Shown here: positions 38,859 through 47,793 of the stretch, piece by piece
Numbering within the stretch: position 1 is the first letter of the stretch
Layout of the letters: the number at the start of each line of letters is the position of its first letter
NCBI GenBank assembly: GCA_002344525.1
Contig: DDTJ01000073.1
Span: forward strand, 3,102-67,101
DNA length: 64,000 bases
Source of the DNA: Akkermansiaceae bacterium UBA2367
Lineage (GTDB): Bacteria > Verrucomicrobiota > Verrucomicrobiia > Verrucomicrobiales > DEV007
Reading direction: 5' to 3'
The notes under the pieces: generated by a model
Databases searched by the model: none
What the model was told of the DNA's origin: nothing
What the model saw: only the letters and a program-made list of their open reading frames with translations
Program-made: the position numbers and the translations under genes

Positions 38859-39644
38859 TCAGATCGCCACGGCGTAGAGCGTCATCTCCGCGCGGCGACC
38901 GCGGATGGAGACGGGATCGAGCGCCCGACCCTCCGGCTTCCGCTCCGCCGCTGTCCAAGTCGCGGCGGAGACGAGGAGGGAATAGCCGAGCTCCTTGGTG
39001 AGGCTCTCGATCCGGGCTGCGGTGTTCACAGTGTCGCCGATGGCGGTGTATTCCATCCTCCGGGGCGAGCCGATCGTGCCAACGACGGCGGGGCCGGTGT
39101 TGACGCCGACGCCGATCCTCACCGGGCCAAAGCCGTGGAATTCGAGTGTCTCGCCAAGCTCGCCCAAGCTACCCAGCATGGCGCGTCCTGCCGCGATGGC
39201 TTCGTCCGCGTGCCGGGATTGCCCCGTCGCTCCGAAGATGGCCATGATTCCGTCGCCGACAAGCTGGTTCACGATACCGCCATTCGCCTCGATGACGGAG
39301 GTCATGTGCTCGTGGTAGAGGTTGAGAAAGCGCACCGCGTCGACCGGGGCGAGCGACTCGCAGCGGGTCGTGAAATCCCGGATGTCGGCGAAGAGCACGG
39401 TAACGACGCGCTCACTCTGCCCAGCCCATCCAACGGCGCGGCGGAGTTCCTCCACCCGAGCCGTTCTCCTCTCCGAGCGGACGGGAGGAGTGAACAGGGG
39501 TACCCCCAAGAGGCCGCCGACCAGCAACCACGTCACCATCGGCGCTAGAGAACTGGCCATTCCGACCAGTCCCGTCTCCGAGGCTTCCGTGATTCCGGCG
39601 CAGCTCGTCGCCAGCAGGCATAGCGATAGTTTGATTGCATTCAT
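38859..39644 (-). CDS. Class III adenylate/guanylate cyclase with N-terminal membrane anchor
   Basis: LFADIRDFT, VGDG, GVNTG, YTAIGDTVNTAARIE. Confidence 0.9.
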   Translation of the reverse strand: MNAIKLSLCLLATSCAGITEASETGLVGMASSLAPMVTWLLVGGLLGVPLFTPPVRSERRTARVEELRRAVGWAGQSERVVTVLFADIRDFTTRCESLAPVDAVRFLNLYHEHMTSVIEANGGIVNQLVGDGIMAIFGATGQSRHADEAIAAGRAMLGSLGELGETLEFHGFGPVRIGVGVNTGPAVVGTIGSPRRMEYTAIGDTVNTAARIESLTKELGYSLLVSAATWTAAERKPEGRALDPVSIRGRRAEMTLYAVAI

Positions 39645-39680
39645 GGTGGATGTCGGATTGAGTTTTCGGGAATGCCTAGT

Positions 39681-40145
39681 TCATACGAATTCAATCCCAT
39701 GCTCTTCGGCGATACTGGTGATGGTCTCCATGTCCGGCCCGTCGGGTCGATGAAAGGGCTTCTCGCACTGCGAAAAGAAGGACTCCAGCCCTGCGGGGGT
39801 GGCCAGCACGCAGATCTTTCCGGTGGTGCTTCCCACATTCCGGAACGAATGCGGCCGTTCGCGCGGCAGATACACCGCCATGCCCGGCCCGCCCTCGATC
39901 CAACGGCCTTCGGCATGGAAGGCGAAGCGCCCCTCCATGACGATGAGGATTTCGTCCTCGCGGTGGTGGATGTGCATTGGCGGGCCGTTGTCGGGCGGGA
40001 TGAGCATATACCAGGCGCTCAGCCAGCCCTTCGTCTGTGCGGCGCTCAGGAAGCATTCCGATTGCCCTCCGAAGCAAGGGCGATAGCTGGCGTTTTCAGG
40101 ATGATAGAGGGTGGGGGTCATGGGATGCAGGTGTTGGGATTTCAT
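39681..40145 (-). CDS. Cupin domain protein
   Basis: GPPMHIHHREDE, YLPRERPHSFRN; start at 40145 or 40121. Confidence 0.85.
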   Translation of the reverse strand: MKSQHLHPMTPTLYHPENASYRPCFGGQSECFLSAAQTKGWLSAWYMLIPPDNGPPMHIHHREDEILIVMEGRFAFHAEGRWIEGGPGMAVYLPRERPHSFRNVGSTTGKICVLATPAGLESFFSQCEKPFHRPDGPDMETITSIAEEHGIEFV

Positions 40146-40232
40146 CGTGGTCGAGTCAAATAGCGATGGCATTCTGCCCCGGCGATCCTCTTTGGTAAAT
40201 GCTACCAAGGGTGAAGGCGTTTGCCTCCGGCC

Positions 40233-40265
40233 TTTCCTCAATGGGACGAAAGGCGTATCACCGCA
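40233..40265 (+). repeat. 33-bp imperfect direct repeat, copy 1
   Basis: TTTCCTCAATGGGACGAAAGGCGTATCACCGCA; 28/33 identical to 41166-41198. Confidence 0.85.
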
Positions 40266-40388
40266 GGACCAACCGTGAACAGGGTCGCGAGGGTGACCGA
40301 ACAGGGTCAACTGGATAAAATGACCGCATGTCTGCGGAATGCGTTTGGCATCGGGGTTGACCTCGGCAAGTTTCAAGGCAATCCTTTC

Positions 40389-41102
40389 ATGAATGAACCA
40401 ACTGGCCAAAAAACTCGAGGCGATTCGCCGCAAGCAGCGGCCCGTGAGTTCCGAAGTCTTCTGGGCGCAAGTGAAGGCGTTCCAGGACAATCCGGAACCG
40501 ATCCCGACATCCTCGAACAGCTCGGAGGTCTCGAAGCCTGGGCCGAAGCACGAGGAGAGCTTGCTGGCGGTGGATGGCTGACCGAGGCGCAGTGTGGTGG
40601 AGCGGAGCACTTCATCCAGCACGCGGCAGGAGACGAGCGTCTCGTCAAGGTAACCTATCCGGGCGAATACGGACTGCGGATGCGTCTCGTCCTGCCTGCC
40701 GGAACGATGCCGGATCGCCTTTCCGACGCCATCGGGCTTGGTCCCGCCACGCCACTGCAATATCTGGACCGCCTGGCGCTCCACAATGACCTCTTTGGTG
40801 ACGATGTGGAATTCCTGGGACTGGTCCGCCAGCGTGGCAGGTTGAGCATGGTGATTTCCCAAATTTTCCTTCGGGGCGAAAAGCCCGAGATCCCCCAGAT
40901 CGAAAGCTTCATGGCCGACAACGGCTTCCGCAAGGCGGGGGGAGAGAACGTCTACTTTCGCACCGAAGACCGTCTGGCGGTGTTCGATGCGCACGCCCGC
41001 AATTTCGTGCTGACCGAAGGAGTGCCCGTGCCCTTCGACGTGATTCCGCAGTATGTCAGCGGTCGCATGGAAGCGCTGCTGGCACTGTGGGCGCGGAAAT
41101 AG
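40389..41102 (+). CDS. Polyvalent-protein-type kinase domain protein (Kinase-PolyVal-like)
   Basis: GGAEH..., LVKVT, ATPLQYLDRLALHNDLFGDDV, ISQ.FLRG, DAHARNFV, PFD match my recollection of this family; not database-verified. Confidence 0.7.
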   Translation: MNEPTGQKTRGDSPQAAAREFRSLLGASEGVPGQSGTDPDILEQLGGLEAWAEARGELAGGGWLTEAQCGGAEHFIQHAAGDERLVKVTYPGEYGLRMRLVLPAGTMPDRLSDAIGLGPATPLQYLDRLALHNDLFGDDVEFLGLVRQRGRLSMVISQIFLRGEKPEIPQIESFMADNGFRKAGGENVYFRTEDRLAVFDAHARNFVLTEGVPVPFDVIPQYVSGRMEALLALWARK

Positions 41103-41165
41103 CCGGGCGGAAGCGCCTGTCGCAGGCATCTCGCAGGCCCTCCGCAAAGCGCAGGACCGCCGCCA

Positions 41166-41198
41166 TTTCCACAATGGAACGAAAGGTGTATCGCCACA
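41166..41198 (+). repeat. 33-bp imperfect direct repeat, copy 2
   Basis: TTTCCACAATGGAACGAAAGGTGTATCGCCACA. Confidence 0.85.
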
Positions 41199-41220
41199 TG
41201 CTTTCCAAGCCATCGCGGGC

Positions 41221-43599
41221 ATGGCATCGTTCGGCATGAACGAAACCCCCGCCTCATCTGCCACGATCTTTCCGCCGGGCGCGGACTGGTTCCGGCTGCT
41301 CTTCGAGCGCAGCGCGGAGGCGATGACTTTGTTCGACCCTGTGAACGGCATCTTCCTCGCGCACAACGAGGCGTCCGCGCAGGCGATGGGCGTGGAGGAC
41401 CCGGCGGAGATGAACGGCCTTTCGCCCAATGCCTTCGCGCCGGAGTTCCAGCCGGACGGGCGGCGCTCGGAGGACGTGACGCGAGAGGTGATCGCGCTGG
41501 CGATGGAGAAGGGCACGCACCGCTTCGAATGGCAGATCCTGCGCCGCGACGGCACCCTCACCTTCTACGATGTGGTGCTCACCTCGCTGGAGCTGGAAGG
41601 CCGGCCGATGCTGCTCACCGCCGGCCGCAACATCGACGAGCGCAAGCGGCTGGAGGAGGAGCTGCGGCTGGCGGAGGGCCGCTGGCGGCGCGTCTTCGAG
41701 CAGGCGCCGCTCAGCATGCAGATCTTCGCGCCGGACGGCAGCACGCGCGAGGTGAACCGCTCGTTCGAGAAGCTCTTCCGGCTCATCCTCACCGACCTCG
41801 ACCATTTCAACATCCGCACCGACGCGCAACTGGCGGAGGCGGGATTCGGCGAGCAGATCGAGCGCGCCTTCACCGGTGGGGCCTCAGTGATTCCACCGAT
41901 CCCCTTCGAGCTGAAAGCCACGCCCGAGCAGCCGGCGCGCGGCGTGAAATGGATCGGCTCCACCATGTTTCCCGTCTTCGACAGCCTAGGCCGCATCGCC
42001 GAGGTCGTCTGCGTCCACGAAGACGACACCGAGCGCAAGGTGGCGCAAGAGGAGGTGCGGCAGCTTCACCAATCGCTCGAGCAACGCATCGCCGAGCGGA
42101 CCAAGGAATGGCAGGCGAGCGAGGAGAAATTCCGCCTGCTCTTCGAGCTCTCGCCTCTGGGCATCTCGCAGATTGACTGGGAGGGGCGCTTCCTCCAAGT
42201 GAATCCCTCCTTCGCCCGCACCGTCGGGCGCACGCAGGAGGAACTGCTGCGGATGACCTACTGGGAGATCACGCCGGAGAAATACCGGGAGCAGGAGCTG
42301 CAAGTGCTGGAGACGATCCGGGAGCACGGCTACACGGGCCCCTTCGAAAAGGAATACATCCACGCCGACGGCCATTCCATTCCCATCGTGCTCTATGGCG
42401 TGCTGGTCCGCTCGCCCGACGGGCAGGAGCAGCTCTGGGGCATCACCCAGGACGTGACCGAAAGCCGTCGCGCCGAGCAGGCGGTGCGGGAGTCCGAACG
42501 CAAATACCGGCTGCTTTTCGAGACCTCCAGCCAAGGGGTGATGCTGCACGACGAGCACCAGTTTTTCGCCGACGTGAACCAGGCGGCGGCGGGGATCTTC
42601 GGCCTGACGCCGGAGGCGCTCATCGGCAGGCATCCGGCCGAGCTGGCCCCCGAGTTCCAGCCCGACGGCCAGCGCTCGGCGGATGTCGCGCAGCGGCATA
42701 TCGCGCATTGCCTGGAGCATGGACTGGCGCGATTCGAGTGGACGCATCTCCATTCTCAAGGGTACGAGCTGCTGATGGAGGTCGTGCTCAGCCGCATCAC
42801 CGACGGCGACCTTCATCTGGTGCAGGCGGTGGTGAGCGACATCTCCGAACGCCGCCGCGCGGAGACGGAACTGAAGAAGGCATTGGAACGCGAACGCGAG
42901 CTGAACCAACTCAAGAGCGACTTCGTGGCGATGGTATCGCATGAGTTCCGCACGCCGCTGGGCATCATTCAGTCCTCGGCGGAAATCCTCGACGACTACC
43001 TCGACCAGCTCGCGCCCGAAGAGCGACGCGAGCAGCTCGGCTCGATCACCAAGAACGCGCGCCGCATGGCCGGGCTGATGGAGGACGTGCTGCTGCTGGG
43101 CCGTCTCGACGCCGGGCGCATGGAGTTCCGGCCCGGCCCCATCGATCTCGCCGCCTTTTGCCGACGGCTCGTCGATGAAGTGGACTCCGCCCTGGAAAGC
43201 CGCTGCCCCATCGAATTCTCCACCGAGGGACTGCCTGCCGAGAGCCGGGCCGACGAGCGCCTGCTGCGCCACATGCTTGTCAATCTGCTGACCAACGCCG
43301 TCAAATACTCGCACGAAGGCGCGGCGGTCACCTTCAAAGCCAGCGCCACTCCGACGGGCGTGCGCTTCGTCGTGAGCGACCGCGGCATCGGCATTCCCGA
43401 GGAGGAGCAGCCGCACCTGTTCGAGTCCTTCCGCCGAGGCTCGAACGTCGGTGCACGGCAGGGTACCGGCCTCGGCCTCGTCATCATCAAACGCAGCGTC
43501 GAGCTGCACGGCGGTACGATCCACGTCCACAGCCGACCCAGCCAAGGCTCGCGCTTCACCCTCGACATTCCGCTTCTTCCCCTTCCGACCGAACCATGA
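41221..43599 (+). CDS. Cytoplasmic 4xPAS sensor histidine kinase
   Basis: Four PAS repeats; H-box SHEFRTPL, N-box NLLTNAVKYS, G1 DRGIGIP, G2 GTGLGL; no TM; start 41221 or 41236. Confidence 0.93.
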   Translation: MASFGMNETPASSATIFPPGADWFRLLFERSAEAMTLFDPVNGIFLAHNEASAQAMGVEDPAEMNGLSPNAFAPEFQPDGRRSEDVTREVIALAMEKGTHRFEWQILRRDGTLTFYDVVLTSLELEGRPMLLTAGRNIDERKRLEEELRLAEGRWRRVFEQAPLSMQIFAPDGSTREVNRSFEKLFRLILTDLDHFNIRTDAQLAEAGFGEQIERAFTGGASVIPPIPFELKATPEQPARGVKWIGSTMFPVFDSLGRIAEVVCVHEDDTERKVAQEEVRQLHQSLEQRIAERTKEWQASEEKFRLLFELSPLGISQIDWEGRFLQVNPSFARTVGRTQEELLRMTYWEITPEKYREQELQVLETIREHGYTGPFEKEYIHADGHSIPIVLYGVLVRSPDGQEQLWGITQDVTESRRAEQAVRESERKYRLLFETSSQGVMLHDEHQFFADVNQAAAGIFGLTPEALIGRHPAELAPEFQPDGQRSADVAQRHIAHCLEHGLARFEWTHLHSQGYELLMEVVLSRITDGDLHLVQAVVSDISERRRAETELKKALERERELNQLKSDFVAMVSHEFRTPLGIIQSSAEILDDYLDQLAPEERREQLGSITKNARRMAGLMEDVLLLGRLDAGRMEFRPGPIDLAAFCRRLVDEVDSALESRCPIEFSTEGLPAESRADERLLRHMLVNLLTNAVKYSHEGAAVTFKASATPTGVRFVVSDRGIGIPEEEQPHLFESFRRGSNVGARQGTGLGLVIIKRSVELHGGTIHVHSRPSQGSRFTLDIPLLPLPTEP

Positions 43600-44228
43600 A
43601 AACGATCCTCATCATCGAAGACGAGCCGGAAATGCGGCGCAACCTTGCCACCATCCTGCGGCTGGAAGGCTTCCGTCCGCTCACCGCCGCCCACGGTCGC
43701 GAAGGCGTCGCGCTCGCCCTCGCCGAACGGCCCGACGTCATCCTCTGCGATGTGATGATGCCCGAACTCGACGGCTACGGCGTACTGGGCGCCTTGCGTG
43801 CCGACTCCGTGACGGAGGCCACACCCTTCATCTTCCTGACCGCGAAAGGCGAGAAACCCGACATCCGTGCGGGCATGAATCTCGGCGCCGACGACTATCT
43901 GACCAAGCCGGTGGCCAAGGCCGACCTGCTCGCCGCCATCCATTCGCGGCTGAAACGTGCTGGGCAAAGCGGCGGCGGAGGCTTCGAGCCGGACTTCGAC
44001 TCTCCATTGCCCTTGGAGAAAGCCTTCGGCCTGACCCCGCGAGTGGCCGAGACCCTGCTCTGGCTGGCCCAAGGCAAGACCAACGGCGACATCGCCACCA
44101 TCCTCGGCATCAGCGAGGCCACCGTGAAGAAGCACGTCCTCGACATCTTCGTGGCCCTCGGCGTCGAGACCCGCACGGCCGCCTGTCTGCAAGCATTGGA
44201 GGTGCTCGCGGGGCAGCGCAGAAAGTGA
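43596..44228 (+). CDS. Response regulator (REC + LuxR-type HTH)
   Basis: IIEDE, CDVMMP, LTAKG, YLTKP; GKTNGDIATILGISEATVKKH; ATGA overlap with kinase. Confidence 0.95.
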   Translation: MKTILIIEDEPEMRRNLATILRLEGFRPLTAAHGREGVALALAERPDVILCDVMMPELDGYGVLGALRADSVTEATPFIFLTAKGEKPDIRAGMNLGADDYLTKPVAKADLLAAIHSRLKRAGQSGGGGFEPDFDSPLPLEKAFGLTPRVAETLLWLAQGKTNGDIATILGISEATVKKHVLDIFVALGVETRTAACLQALEVLAGQRRK

Positions 44229-44284
44229 TTGGGCCGGCAAATGCCCGTCAGGGCTTATGCCCACTTCGTTACATTGAGGTTTGG

Positions 44285-44452
44285 ACCACGGATGGCCACC
44301 AATGGACACGAATTTTCTTGATCTTTGAGGTGATTGCAAATCACCCGCTGCCAGACCGGATTCGTGAGCATTCGCGGAGATTTTCGGCCATTCGCGTTTG
44401 AAAAAGATGAGAAACGCGAATTTTCGCGAATGGAACGCGAATCGCCGCAAAT
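44285..44452. repeat. Decamer tandem-repeat inverted-arm cluster (ACACGAAT/ACGCGAAT type)
   Basis: ACCACGGATG GCCACCAATG GACACGAATT; ATTCGTGAGC ATTCGCGGAG ATTTTCGGCC ATTCGCGTT; AACGCGAATT TTCGCGAATG GAACGCGAAT; central GGTGATT-GCA-AATCACC hairpin. Confidence 0.8.
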
Positions 44453-44552
44453 GGAAGAAGGTCCTGCAATTGACTCCTCTATCTATGTAATGAATCTGAC
44501 GACGACCTCGGCGGGAGGTTCGCAATCGTCCAGATCTTTTCGGGATTTCGTA

Positions 44553-47500
44553 TTATTTCTTCAGGTTGCGTTCCGCGGCGAGAATTTCGATATTTCGCCT
44601 CTCGATTTCGGACATCCGCTGATCGATCAACTCCATCGTCATCGCCGGGTCGGGTTGGAACCAGGAGAATTGGGAGAAATGCTTGCGAATCTCCGCCGCC
44701 GAGGCGGAGGAGAAGGCGAAGCCGTAGACGGCGTAGAGTTCGTTGATCGCGTATCGCAATTGCCCGAAGGACATCGCCTTGACCTCCGCTTCCGTGAGGA
44801 GCCGCTCGCTCGCTTCAGGGTAGCGGCGTCCCTCCAAGCGGGGAGCCCTCGCCATCGCTGCGACGGGTGCTTGCGGCGGGGCCAACACCGGAGGTCTCGC
44901 GACCAGCGTTTGAGGAACGGTTCCGGGCGAGGGTTCCTTGCCCGCCAACACAAAATCAAAGGCGCGGTTCGCGTGGCGGAAACGGGGCTGCTGGACTCCT
45001 TCGGAGAGTTCGATCACCTTCCCCGAAACGAAGGAAAAAAGCTCCGTCACCGTAATCGCCCCATCACCGTTCCGGTCTGCGGTCTTTTCCCGAATTCCTG
45101 ACAAAAAGAAAAAAGTGAAGAGTCCGTTTTCCATCCCGGCTCCCTCAAGGGCGAACTCAAGCGGTCCCGCCGCGCTCAACACCTGCGCCCCCACCTGACG
45201 GCGCAGATCCCGGAACCCGTAGCCGACCTTCGCCCCCCCGGACGCTGGCGACGTGGTGCCGGTGTTCACGACCCGGAGCGCTCTCACCTCGGTGCCATTC
45301 TGCGCCGCAACACTGGAGGCGCTCTCCAGCCGTTTCAATTCGCCCGGCGTTAGCTCGCCCGCGTGGCAGCAGTCCATCAGGATCACCCTCCGCAGCGCGG
45401 GGATTCCTTCGAAGAGCGACTCGATCTCCTCGTAGGCGACCCCTTTCGCGGCGAAATTCTCGAAGTCCATATCGGCCGGGCAAAAGAAGAACTGGTTCGT
45501 CGCGGCCTCCCGCACTCCGTGTCCGGCGAGAAAGACGAGGGCCAAGTCGTCCGGACCTCCTTCCTCGAAGAAGGCTTTTGCCGCGAGAATGCCCTCCTTG
45601 GTCGCGGCGGAATCGGTGAGCCGTTTGACCTTCACCTCCGCAGATCCCCCGATCTCGCTGGAGAGGACGGAAAGGAGATCGTCGGCATCCTTCGCCGCGA
45701 AGTTGAGATCGTAGTCCGTGCCCAAATAGTCGGAGACGCCGATGGCGAGGAGACGAACGACCCTGCCCCGCGCCGCCGTCCGGTTCTCGTAGGTCAGGGT
45801 CTCCCGGATCGATTCCATGCCTTCGGAATCCATCACCGAAATCTGGATCTCGTTTCTCCCCGAGACGAGAGGCACCCTGACCTCGCCCGAAAACTCGGGT
45901 GCTCCCGTGAGGGGCGCTCCCGCCTTTCCGAAGACGGGGACATGGTTCACCCAAGCGAACAGCTTCACCAGCCCGGACGAACCGCCCCGCGCCCGCGCCG
46001 AGATCGTCAGGGAGCCTTCCGATTCGGATCGGATCGCTGCGCTGACTTCGGGGAGCGCCTCCGCCAGCTTGAAAGACGTCGTGGAGATGCCATGAAGGAG
46101 CAGCCTGTCCTCATAGGCCTCGCGGGCGTTTGCTATCCGCGAACCGGATGCGCCGAGGATTTCGAGGACGAGATGGGGCTGGTTGAAATGCAGGTCGAAT
46201 TGCTCCAGCGGGTAGGCCCGTCCCTCGGAACGCAGCGCGATCGCTTCCTCCGCGCCACCCGTGGCCATGAAAAAGTGATCCGGGGTGGAAACGATCAGTC
46301 CGGTCTCGTGATACCCTCTTGCGTTCACCTTTGCACCCCCTGTCGCGGCGTCGAAGAGGGTGAGGAGCCCGTCGTCGGAAACGGTGTAAAGGGAGCTTCC
46401 GTCAGGATCGACCGAGAGGTCTTGGATCGCGCCGATGGGCCGATGCCACTCCACCCTCGCCCCGGCGCCCGTGAGCCTCAATTTGGCGAGGACGCGGTCT
46501 TTGATCGCCGACATCGGCCCCTTGGGGTGTCCGAAACGGCCCACCAAGTAGAGGACATCCGACTCGCGCCCGAAACTGAGGCAGTCGGCGTAAATCCATT
46601 CGTCGCGGAAGAGGAGGCTCCCGTCGCGCAGGGAACGAACCTCGATCCCGTAGAGATCGGAGGCCCTGCCGGGCAGGACATCCCAGGACAGAGCGCAGGC
46701 CGTCCCGTCGCTGCGAGCAATCAGATCCCGGACCAGATGATGGTCGATTTGATAGGGTGAACTGGCCACCGCCGTGGGCTGGCCAGAGGCATCGACGAGG
46801 CACAGCACCTCCATCGGATCACCTCCGGCAGGGGAGAGACCGCCCGCACCGGCAAGCGGCCTCGTGCCCGCGATCCGCCTCACTTCATCCACGGGGAAGG
46901 AACGGACCACGGAAGCCCCCGCCTCCGCATAGGGGTCCACATCGAAGCCCGGAGCAAAACGAACCCCGTCCGGCGCTGTCCGGGACGGGACCGCGTTGCG
47001 CACGCTTTCGAGCAGATCGACATGGACGAGCGCGGGAGGGCCGTCCCCCGACACCTCGTCGAGATAGAACGACTGACTGTCGTGAAACCGGACGGGGGCC
47101 TTTTCAAAACGGACGACAGGCCGGCTCTCGACACCATCGGGCAGCAGAGTGGGGTCTTCATCGAAGAGGTATCCGTCATCCGACACCGCCGTCCGCATTC
47201 CCGTGACCGGTCGGTTTTCGACGGGGAGACCCGACGCGATCTCATAGGTGAATTCGATCTCGCCCACATATTTCACACGAACGATCGCCTGCAAAAGGCG
47301 CTCGTCCGACGACACGACAAAGGCCTCCGCGATCCCTTTTCCAGCCCCCTCGTCCATCGCGACGGGAATGCTCCGATAGAGAGCCTTCGACTTGTTGTCG
47401 TAGATGTCGATGAACTCCCCGCGATTGATATACGTGTAGCGGCTTCCGACGATGGACTGGTAGCCGGGCTGGATATCCTGCAAAACCGGGTCCAACTCCC

Positions 47501-47585
47501 GGCACTCGCCCGTCGAGGCCAGAAGAAAAAGGCATCCCACGAGCAACGCGGGAAGACGGGGGGAGGAAGGGGCAATCAAGACCAT
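44553..47585 (-). CDS. Secreted beta-propeller + caspase-like (peptidase C14) + YARHG-like domain protein
   Basis: Signal-like N-terminus; LLAIGVSDY, LAGHG, MDCCHAG, NGLFT; C-terminal LRYAINELYAVYG...SWFQP...EIERRNIEIL; start could be 47636. Confidence 0.82.
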   Translation of the reverse strand: MVLIAPSSPRLPALLVGCLFLLASTGECRELDPVLQDIQPGYQSIVGSRYTYINRGEFIDIYDNKSKALYRSIPVAMDEGAGKGIAEAFVVSSDERLLQAIVRVKYVGEIEFTYEIASGLPVENRPVTGMRTAVSDDGYLFDEDPTLLPDGVESRPVVRFEKAPVRFHDSQSFYLDEVSGDGPPALVHVDLLESVRNAVPSRTAPDGVRFAPGFDVDPYAEAGASVVRSFPVDEVRRIAGTRPLAGAGGLSPAGGDPMEVLCLVDASGQPTAVASSPYQIDHHLVRDLIARSDGTACALSWDVLPGRASDLYGIEVRSLRDGSLLFRDEWIYADCLSFGRESDVLYLVGRFGHPKGPMSAIKDRVLAKLRLTGAGARVEWHRPIGAIQDLSVDPDGSSLYTVSDDGLLTLFDAATGGAKVNARGYHETGLIVSTPDHFFMATGGAEEAIALRSEGRAYPLEQFDLHFNQPHLVLEILGASGSRIANAREAYEDRLLLHGISTTSFKLAEALPEVSAAIRSESEGSLTISARARGGSSGLVKLFAWVNHVPVFGKAGAPLTGAPEFSGEVRVPLVSGRNEIQISVMDSEGMESIRETLTYENRTAARGRVVRLLAIGVSDYLGTDYDLNFAAKDADDLLSVLSSEIGGSAEVKVKRLTDSAATKEGILAAKAFFEEGGPDDLALVFLAGHGVREAATNQFFFCPADMDFENFAAKGVAYEEIESLFEGIPALRRVILMDCCHAGELTPGELKRLESASSVAAQNGTEVRALRVVNTGTTSPASGGAKVGYGFRDLRRQVGAQVLSAAGPLEFALEGAGMENGLFTFFFLSGIREKTADRNGDGAITVTELFSFVSGKVIELSEGVQQPRFRHANRAFDFVLAGKEPSPGTVPQTLVARPPVLAPPQAPVAAMARAPRLEGRRYPEASERLLTEAEVKAMSFGQLRYAINELYAVYGFAFSSASAAEIRKHFSQFSWFQPDPAMTMELIDQRMSEIERRNIEILAAERNLKK

Positions 47586-47793
47586 TTCGGAAGGAGCATC
47601 GCCTCCTTGGATCGGTTCGGTCAACGATTTTCGCATGGGAGCGGGTGTCGGAAAACCGCTGGCCCGAATAGGAATGAGGCGGAAGTCTCCAAAACTGGCC
47701 AATGCGTCTGTTTGCACCCCGACAGGGCGCTCTCCCGATCCTGCGTTCTTCCATTGTCGTGCATGTGGACCTCGCCTACGTTTCCCATCTCTC

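Noticed and set aside
40223-40233. GCCTCCGGCCT resembling part of a c-di-GMP-I riboswitch
   Set aside because: The required upstream GGCAAA-P2(GAAA)-GACGCAAA arrangement is missing on both strands.
40243-40253. GGACGAAAG / AATGGGAC as hammerhead or HDV-like ribozyme core
   Set aside because: No CTGANGA upstream for a hammerhead and no complementary GTCCC strand for an HDV-type P2.
40146-41561. Extension of the cupin ORF to 626 aa
   Set aside because: Antisense to the kinase genes; its repeated CGDTPFVPL peptide is just the 33-bp DNA direct repeat read in frame.
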